Source: Octopus vulgaris (taxonomy: Eukaryota). From it: a DNA stretch of 64,000 nt. Positions 55,030-64,000 of this stretch are shown here, piece by piece. Every line of letters starts with the position of its first letter. The first letter of the stretch is position 1. A model generated the notes under the pieces. It did not search any database and was not told where the DNA came from. It saw nothing but the letters and a program-made list of their open reading frames with translations. Position numbers and translations under genes: made by a program. The stretch is from contig OX597827.1 of NCBI GenBank assembly GCA_951406725.2, positions 66,588,001 to 66,652,000 on the forward strand, read 5' to 3'.

Positions 55030-55147
55030 AATCCGTGTATGAAATACGCTCGCTTAGCCAGCGGGGTGGCGTGGTTCGAAGGCTAAAACAATGCGAACGC
55101 ATTGTGACCAGCGATGTGTAACTACATCTGATGGACTGGTCGGTCAA

Positions 55148-55151
<4 letters not shown>
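55030..55151 (+). mobile_element. Short repeat family G with RTE-like 3' tail
   Basis: Ends TGTGACCAGCGATGTG...GGACTGGTCGGTCAAGTGA(TA)n, similar to the 3' end of the RTE at 511-575. Confidence 0.7.
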
Positions 55152-55186
<35 letters not shown>

Positions 55187-55286
55187 TTTAGGATTTAACT
55201 GATCTTCAAGCATGTAACGTGTCCTCTTAAAGGTCACCTGTCTTGTGTATAAATATGTGCATTATATGTACACTAATTTATATGGA

Positions 55287-55346
<60 letters not shown>

Positions 55347-55514
55347 ATACATACATACATATAAATACTTATATATGTAAAACAAGAGAAAGCAAAAGAT
55401 GGTGACCAACATATTTATAACTCACAGGTCGGGTTTGGCTCAGACTAAACCTATAATGTTATTAAACTAATTGTTATCCCGCCTTGGTTGCAGCATGAAT
55501 AACAGAAAATAGTA

Positions 55515-55730
55515 AGGCAGCGAACTGGCAGTTTTGTTATCACGACGGGCAAAATGGTTAGCCGCATATTGTCCGTCTTTGCGTTCTGCTTTCAAATTCC
55601 TCCAAGATAGACTTTGCCTTTCATTGTTTCGTTGTCGGTAATATATATCCCAGTTGAGCGCTGGGGTCGATGCAACCGATTTAACTCCTCCTCTGGACTA
55701 ATTGGTTTTCTGCCAAAATTTGAAACCAAT
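55515..55730 (+). mobile_element. SINE family C, old copy
   Basis: GGCAGCGAACTGGCAG...TTCAAATTCC...GACTTTGCCTTTCAT...CTGGGGTCGATG. Confidence 0.75.
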
Positions 55731-56200
55731 ATTGGAAATAATATTAATGGAGAAAATATTAATGATATTTTTTATGCCTTTGCACACGATAGCCAACATA
55801 CATCAGACGCTACATTCATGCCATCACCTTTCGTTTAAGTATGGTATATTGGATTGAGTGTAAAGTTAGTTTAATCTTTTCATTTTTGTTTCATTTCCGA
55901 CTCATGTGCTTGCAAAACATTGTTACTGATGTTCTTATGAAAAGGAGATTGGTTGGGATAGAGTAGATAACTTAACGCTAAGGCTGACCTACGTTTAAGT
56001 ACTCAACTCGAATAGTTGTGCTTCAGTGCTTTTCCGTTAAAGTATTTTGAAGTAATTATCAGAACTATAGACTAGGTTTTGTAGTAGGATGTTATCAAAA
56101 AGAATCCCACTTCACCAAATCGGTTTCAATAAAATTAAACCATAAAGACAAAAAAATCGACGGTTCTATTGATATTACATCTACATTTAACGCGGTGAAC

Positions 56201-56778
56201 TGGCGGACTGGCAGAAACGTTAGCACGCCGGGCGAAATGCTTAGCGGTATTTCGTCTGCTGTTACGTTCTGAGTTCAAATTCCACCGAGGTCGACTTTGT
56301 CTTTCATCCTTCCAGGGTCGGTTAAATAAGTACCAGTTACGCACTGGGGTCGATGTAATCGGCTTAATCTCTTTGTCTGTCCTTGTTTGTCTTTTCTGTG
56401 TTTAGCCCCTTGTGGGTAATAAAGAAATAGGTATTTCGTCTGCTGTTACGTTCTGAGTTCAAATTCCACCGAGGTCGACTTTGTCTTTCATCCTTCCAGG
56501 GTCGGTTAAATAAGTACCAGTTACGCACTGGGGTCGATGTAATCGGCTTAATCCCTTTGTCTGTCCTTGTTTGTCTTCTCTGTGTTTAGCCCCTTGTGGG
56601 TAGCAAAGAAGTAGGTATTTCGTCTGCCGCTACGTTCTGAGTTCAAATACCGCCGAGATCGACTTTGCCTTTCATCCTTTCAGGGTCGATTAAATAAGTA
56701 CCGGTTACGCACTGGGGTCGAAGTAATCGACTTAATCCCTTTGTCTGTCCTTGCTTGTCCCCTCTATGTTTAGCCCCT
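56201..56778 (+). mobile_element. SINE family C trimer (184-bp period)
   Basis: GGTATTTCGTC at 56246, 56430, 56614. Confidence 0.95.
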
Positions 56779-57084
56779 AAATTCTGTACGACTTACTTTT
56801 TTGCTTCCTTTTGCTATTTTCTCACTCACCTCTCTCACTTTCTTGGAATTCTCTTTCATTCCATTTTTCTTTTTCTCGCTCCCCTTCCTCACATTTCTTG
56901 GCATTCCCTTTCTTTATTTTCTCTATTTTACTGTATTATCTCCCTTGTACCTTCTCCTCTTTCCCTTCCTCTCTTTCTCCCTATCCCTCTCTCTAGTTCC
57001 TTCCCTAATTCGTCAATCCTCTGCTCCCTACCCCCTTTCTTTTCCTCCTACTTGATCAGTGCTCTGCCAAGAATTATTTTTCTT

Positions 57085-57275
57085 TCTTGGCCGGACCGCT
57101 GCTCGCACAACACCTTATTGTCCTGTCTCCTGACTCTCATCTATGTTTTGTTGCCGCAAGCCCTCCACTTCACACGCCGGCTTAACCTGACTTTTCGTTT
57201 TAGTCGAAATATTCCTGCTGTTATTCTTGTTGTTTGTATTTTTAATCGTGTAACATTTTCTCCGCTTTCTCGTTT
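57085..57275. mobile_element. Repeat family F fragment (opposite orientation), preceded by a CT-rich tract
   Basis: TGCCGCAAG..CACACGCCGGCT..AGTCGAAA..CCTG aligns with reverse complement of 61270-61370. Confidence 0.5.
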
Positions 57276-57383
57276 TTTGTAAGCCTAGTACTTATTCTAT
57301 CGGTCTCACTTTGACCGAACTGGGGACATAAACACACCAGCATCGGTTGTCAAGCCATGGTGGGGAGACAAACACAGACATAG

Positions 57384-57434
<51 letters not shown>

Positions 57435-57582
57435 CGACGGGCTTCTTTCAGTTTCCATCAAACAAATCCTCTCACAAGGCTATAGTAGAAGACACTCGTC
57501 CAGGGTGCCACGCAGTAGGACTGAACCTGGAACCATGCGGCTGGTTAGCAAGCCACTTACCACACAATCCCACTCCTGCGCC
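57276..57582 (-). mobile_element. SINE family B, 3'-truncated
   Basis: Reverse complement of B with small deletions. Confidence 0.88.
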
Positions 57583-58297
57583 CTCTATTGGTATATATTT
57601 TTAAAGCAACATTTCATAGTTAACGAGTAACTAATGCCTTTGTCATGCTCACTGAATCGTGTCATTTTAACATGTATTCAGTTTCTGACAAACATGTATC
57701 CATGTATTTCCTTTAACAAAATTATAATCGGCTTTCTCTTTAGCTAAGAAATATACTTCTCTTTTAAGTTGACTGTGCTACTAAGAATTGCATTCCTAAA
57801 TCATGTATACGGAAGTATACTCTTACAGTAGCATATGTAATTGCTTCCAAGTCGCTTAAACCACAGTTCTTTATCATTCGTTTGTCTAAACAGCAACTGG
57901 GCTTTAAGAGTGATTTTACAATTCCTTTTAGTTCTTCAGAAATATCTGACATTGACCTGAAATAGATTTACAGATCATTTGGGTATTTGTAGTTCTTTTC
58001 CGCCTTTTAGAAATGTAGTTTCTATGGCGTTCTCCAGTTTAAAATTGACGGAGAAGGAGATAATAATGTCCTATAGCAGTATTCGTTAATCATTAATTAT
58101 CAGGCTATGTTTCCCCGGATGATTTAACTCGAGAAAATAATGAAAGCCTATATATGCAATGTTATAGCTTTAAACTTGTATATTACCAACAGATATCATT
58201 ATTATTCCCTTTGCTTTGATAACCAGTACTGTATATATTTGAAATATATATTTCGCATAATGTAAATTGTAAAAATATTAGGAAGTTGAGCAGTATA

Positions 58298-58775
<478 letters not shown>

Positions 58776-58863
58776 GAGAGAGAGAGAGAGAGAGTATATT
58801 TTGCCTTCATGCTTTCAAGATCCGGACAATATTTCATTCGGAATTTCGAAACAAATCGGGAAA

Positions 58864-59261
58864 TCTTTATATTTAAAAGTGAAGTTGTGTGCGTGTCTGT
58901 TTCCTACGATTTAGATTCCTAACTACTCCCACATTTTGCGGTGCAGTTTAACCAAAACCGGGTATCTTATAGTCGTGATTCATATCAAGCCCTTCTCAGT
59001 ATTAGCACGCGTCTACGATGAGTCTACAATTTTTTAAATAATTTACCATCATTTTTTTCCATTTTAACGCATATTTTTTTTAATATAAGGGAAGTAACTC
59101 TCTAAAAATGTCTACAACGAGTCAACGATTTAAAAAAAATTTACCATAATTTTTTTTCGATTTTTAATGCATTTTTTTGCTAATTTTTGGCTATAACTCT
59201 CTAAAAATGCTTATATAGTTATTTTCCTTACAAACCGAGCAACGCCGGGCGATACTGCTAG
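58864..59261 (+). mobile_element. Non-autonomous Helitron, both termini intact
   Basis: A|TCTTTATAT 5' end; 3' imperfect hairpin CCGAGCAACGCCGG followed by CTAG|T; inserted between A and T with no TSD; internal subrepeats (CTACGATGAGTC; TAACTCTCTAAAAATG x2). Confidence 0.85.
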
Positions 59262-60561
59262 TGATTCATAAAAATGAAAACAAATTGGACAACTTTTATA
59301 TTTGAAATTTATTTCACCTTAGTATGCATTATAATTCCAACTCTTCACCCTCAATTCTTTTTCGTTTTCATGGACAGATTTTAAAATTTAGCAGAATATC
59401 AGTGTATAAAGTGTTGCAGCATTAATCAAATTCGCAACTTTGATTACACTGTACAAAATGTCTTGCAATCAAACATTTAGATGAATTACAACTAAGTGTT
59501 ACCTGTAAATAATACAGTACACAGAAAAAATATCCGCAATAGCTCTGAGGAAAATAAAATCAAAGATGACGGACTATCCTAAATGACACCACGTCAAATA
59601 CGCTTGTTAATAATAATTGCAAATACGGTTTAGTGAGAGCTGACATTATCTTTCAGCCTAGTCTAATATTTCGCTATGTACAGTATATTAGCTTCTATTT
59701 TCTTCCATTGACATAATTTCAACAATAATATTCTTTATATTTGAAATACTACTCATTGGTCAAACCTAGAAGCTTAAAATCTTGTGATCGATCGGGATAC
59801 TGCGAAGAGTACGAACTTTCCATTCAGTGGTGTTGTCAGACATACGCATTTAACTACATGAAGACATGCATGTGCATATACATGTATACGTACTTACAAT
59901 GAAATACATACACACATACGTAAATATATCTATGTACATATATGGGTGACGTCGTAACGTCAGAGGTATTTATTAAGGTGGGAGAGAATTTACATGATTA
60001 TTTTCTGAAACAGATGCCCATATAGTGAATACAGATATCAATAATATCACGTAAATGTTTCGTGCAAAATCACTTTTAGGCATAATAACTTGAAGCCTTT
60101 GAATTTTTCAATAAAAATGGTTTTCCTGACCAGAATTTATTATGCACTTTTTTGCCGATTGCCGTCCTTCGAGATACACAGTTTCAATATATATATATAT
60201 AATTTCATTGATTATTCAAGGAACTTACTTAAGTCCCTTAAGGGATGCGCGCATCCAAGTTCAACCCTGAGTTTGTTGTAGGTTAGCCTACGTTAATAAC
60301 ATCGTTTTGAAATTCTCTCTGGGGATATACCCAATTCACTGGGTTCGAATAAGCAATTTTATTTCTGAACTTTAAGAATTTTGTATGGAAAGAGCTGTAG
60401 GTAGGAATTTCTATGTGTTCAAATATAATCATCTGAACGTATTTTTTATAAATTTCCTTCATATTCTCATAAAAAATGTATATATATATATACATACATA
60501 CACTTATATGAACACACACAGATAAATATCACCAACTGTCTATTTATTTCTCTCTCTCTCG

Positions 60562-60600
<39 letters not shown>

Positions 60601-60624
60601 CACACACGCACACACAAGCACACG

Positions 60625-60690
<66 letters not shown>

Positions 60691-60694
<4 letters not shown>

Positions 60695-60756
60695 GCATTG
60701 TGACTAGCGATGTGTAACAACATCTGATGGTCTGGTCGGTCACGTGATCACGTGAT
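60691..60756 (+). mobile_element. Repeat family G 3' tail fragment in (TA)n
   Basis: CGCATTGTGACTAGCGATGTGTAAC.ACATCTGATGG.CTGGTCGGTCA matches 55097-55148; tail (CACGTGAT)2. Confidence 0.75.
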
Positions 60757-60944
60757 ATATATATATATATATACTAGTAAACAGATAAAAGAGTAAAATA
60801 TTAAGAGATCCGCTCGTCGCGGACGATTCTGCCAAGAGGCCATGTCATCCTCTATGCTTGCACACCTGACCACTTCCAACCAATCGAGTAATAAAACTTT
60901 TGAGAAGAAAAAACTAATATTTTATATATATATATATATGTATA

Positions 60945-61385
60945 TAATACAAAATGGGAAAAGAACGCAAAATATTCGGACAGCTAGGTGATATAAAAAG
61001 GGACAACAAAACATCCAGATAAACGATACAAAGAAAACAAGGACGGATCATTCGAAGACCTCTATCCTCAGTCAAACACCAGGCAATCATCGCAATTTCG
61101 GTTGATTATTCTTTTATTCTTGAGATTGCCCATTTTGGCCAGCTACAAGGAAAAAACTAAACTAAGAGCATTAGATTGCTTGAAAGAAAGCAGCGAGTGT
61201 ATACAAAAACAAGGACGGAAAAAAGACGGGGAAAGTTACACAAATATAAATACAATAAAAAATACAATAGAAAATAACAGGACATACCAACAGGTGACTT
61301 TCGACTGAGGATGAATTAAATTCAGCTGGTGCGTGTGGAAATGAAGCCTTACGGCAGAGGTACAAAATTTTCACGAACACAGGTA
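60945..61385. mobile_element. Repeat family F (possibly Penelope-like terminal region)
   Basis: Homologous to 15590-15800 and, inverted, to 57085-57275; flanked by TA tracts. Confidence 0.55.
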
Positions 61386-61410
61386 AGAATAGTGACGTAC
61401 GTACACTTTG

Positions 61411-61456
<46 letters not shown>

Positions 61457-61476
61457 CATACATACATAAATACACG

Positions 61477-61565
<89 letters not shown>

Positions 61566-61567
<2 letters not shown>

Positions 61568-61777
61568 CGGGAAGCTTTATGAAAATAAACAAAAGACGAA
61601 GGCAGGTGGAATATAAACAAACAATTGTATTAGTATGACGCTCAGGAATATAAATAAAACAAGTCTTTTACGTTTCGAGCCTACGCTCTTCTACAGAAAG
61701 ATACACAGAAAAGAAACACAGAAAGAAACAAAGAGAGAGAAAAAATGCGTGCAAAAGCTAGCGAAACAACATGGCGA
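61566..61777 (-). mobile_element. Penelope-like terminal repeat fragment containing a hammerhead motif
   Basis: About 210-bp insert between TA tracts carrying the minimal hammerhead at 61664-61701. Confidence 0.55.
61664..61701 (-). ncRNA. Minimal type-I hammerhead ribozyme motif (one core substitution)
   Basis: UCUUU-CUGUAGA-A-GAGC GUAG GCUC-GAAA-CGUA^AAAGA: stem I 5 bp, stem II 4 bp, palindromic ACGU stem III, GUA cleavage triplet; A6 replaced by U. Confidence 0.6.
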
Positions 61778-62228
61778 TATATATACAATTGTACAAGTCT
61801 TGTACAGAAGAAATCCCCTTGTAGCACTCAAATATCGTCTGTAGATTGCAAACCGATCCCGGTACTGCTTGAGCAGAGCAGATCCTAAATGTGGTAGTGC
61901 TTATAGTACTAATAACAATCTTGTTTATACTGGATAACCTTCTAAATCTAATCTTCTCATATTTCCCATGACGATCCCTAACAATTTAGAAACCACTTAA
62001 CCACCAGCTAAATGACTGAACCAATTAACATCAAACATAATCTGAACTTTTAAGAAAATGTTTATGTATTTCCGTGTATAAATAATGTGAGTGCGTTTCT
62101 ATGAATACGTATGTATATGTATAGCGGAATGTGCATTTAAGAATAGATACGTAAGTGTACAACAACCAATAACCACATATAATTACTTACACAAGCGTAT
62201 ACATATGTACAAGTGTTCAAGTGTATGA

Positions 62229-62273
<45 letters not shown>

Positions 62274-62323
62274 CATACATACATAAATACATGCATACAC
62301 ACACTCACACACACACACATATA

Positions 62324-62362
<39 letters not shown>

Positions 62363-62363
62363 G

Positions 62364-62430
<67 letters not shown>

Positions 62431-62959
62431 AGGGTAATATTACTAAATATTTTATACCAGTGGTTAGCATGCGTAATAAGATTCAGAAGACATAAATATT
62501 CCTTACATATAATAGTCTATGAAGTACTTCTTACATATAATAGTGTATGAAATATACACGGAGAAAACACCATCATGTGGAATTGTTTACATGATAAAAA
62601 TGGCACTCATAGCCATAAAGCACGAAAAATCATTCTTGCATTAAAGCACATTCTTTGTACGCGAACAAGACATTTATTAATTCATTCATTAGTTAATTAA
62701 TTCAGTAATTAGTCATCCGTAGCTCTTCTGTAAGGTCACTGAAAATGTATGAATACGAGGCTACAGTTTGTACCGAGGACACAGTATATAAGTGCATTCA
62801 GTTTCATATTTACATATAAAGAATTCCAATGCAATGCCTTCAACAAACGTGCAAAAACTAGAGCTGTAAAGCAGTGAATAAATTCGAACATGCTCCTATA
62901 AATATGGACCCATATATATGTCAATGTTTCTACATACATACAGACACAGACAAACACAC

Positions 62960-63350
<391 letters not shown>

Positions 63351-63839
63351 TGGATTACAGTGTACAGCAGATAATCAGTAATCATACTCCAGGGCAACAC
63401 TGCCTCTATAACACATAAGTATTCCCGATGTATCTGGTTTATGTTAAACAGAAATTTCAGTAACCTCTTCACTGCTATCCTCACAGGGACATCACAATCG
63501 ACAATATTGTCAGGCTTATTAAATAAATAGGCGTAGATAATTTTCAGTTTAGTGTACGGATATTCGTCCATAATACCTTGCGTATTAACGGGTACCAAGG
63601 AAGTCCGAAAGCTACAGATGTAATTTATTACACTACTGGTACTGTCTCACACACAATCACACAAACACATACATACACACATATAGCTCCAGCATCATAG
63701 ATATCTATATATAAAGGCATATATATGCACGCATACATATGTATGTATATATTTGTACATATCCACATGAATGCCAAACTGTGTATACTGTTACAATTTC
63801 AGATCATTGTTGACGCTAACCATGGATCGAACATCTCGT

Positions 63840-63875
63840 ATGTATATATATATATGTTTATCTATTTATCTGTCA

Positions 63876-63936
<61 letters not shown>

Positions 63937-63938
63937 CC

Positions 63939-64000
<62 letters not shown>
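63840..64000. repeat. (TATC)n-(TA)n microsatellite to the window end
   Basis: Directly visible. Confidence 0.97.

Noticed and set aside
56201-56778. CRISPR-like or hammerhead-retrozyme reading of the tandem array
   Set aside because: Whole units repeat with no unique spacers, the context is eukaryotic, and no CUGANGA core was found on either strand of the unit
56755-57282. 175-aa hydrophobic ORF
   Set aside because: Derived from a CT-rich low-complexity tract between repeats

Overview
AT-rich, repeat-saturated eukaryotic (animal) non-coding DNA; the mix of tRNA-derived SINE families, RTE and R4/Dong LINE relics and very dense (TA)n/(TAGA)n/(CA)n/triplet microsatellites suggests an octopus (coleoid cephalopod) intron or intergenic region (inference, not verified). 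I can support no intact host gene: nearly all listed ORFs are microsatellite or SINE translations. Recognisable protein relics are an RTE-clade LINE ORF2 3' end, two R4/Dong LINE endonuclease fragments and an internally deleted Tc1/mariner transposase. There are about 30 SINE copies in three families (called A, B, C here; the labels are mine), an end-intact non-autonomous Helitron, MITEs and a 2.7-kb compound triplet microsatellite. The most interesting signals are: (i) several degenerate minimal type-I hammerhead ribozyme motifs in Penelope-like terminal repeats, including an inverted pair with a compensatory stem change; (ii) SINE-C concatemers with the same 184-bp period and junction at two independent loci; (iii) a 565-bp near-perfect palindrome centred on (TA)n; (iv) a short repeat sharing its 3' tail with the RTE LINE; (v) an indel-free 69-bp periodic repeat that looks like a fossil protein repeat. 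Boundaries of degenerate repeats were set by eye and are approximate.
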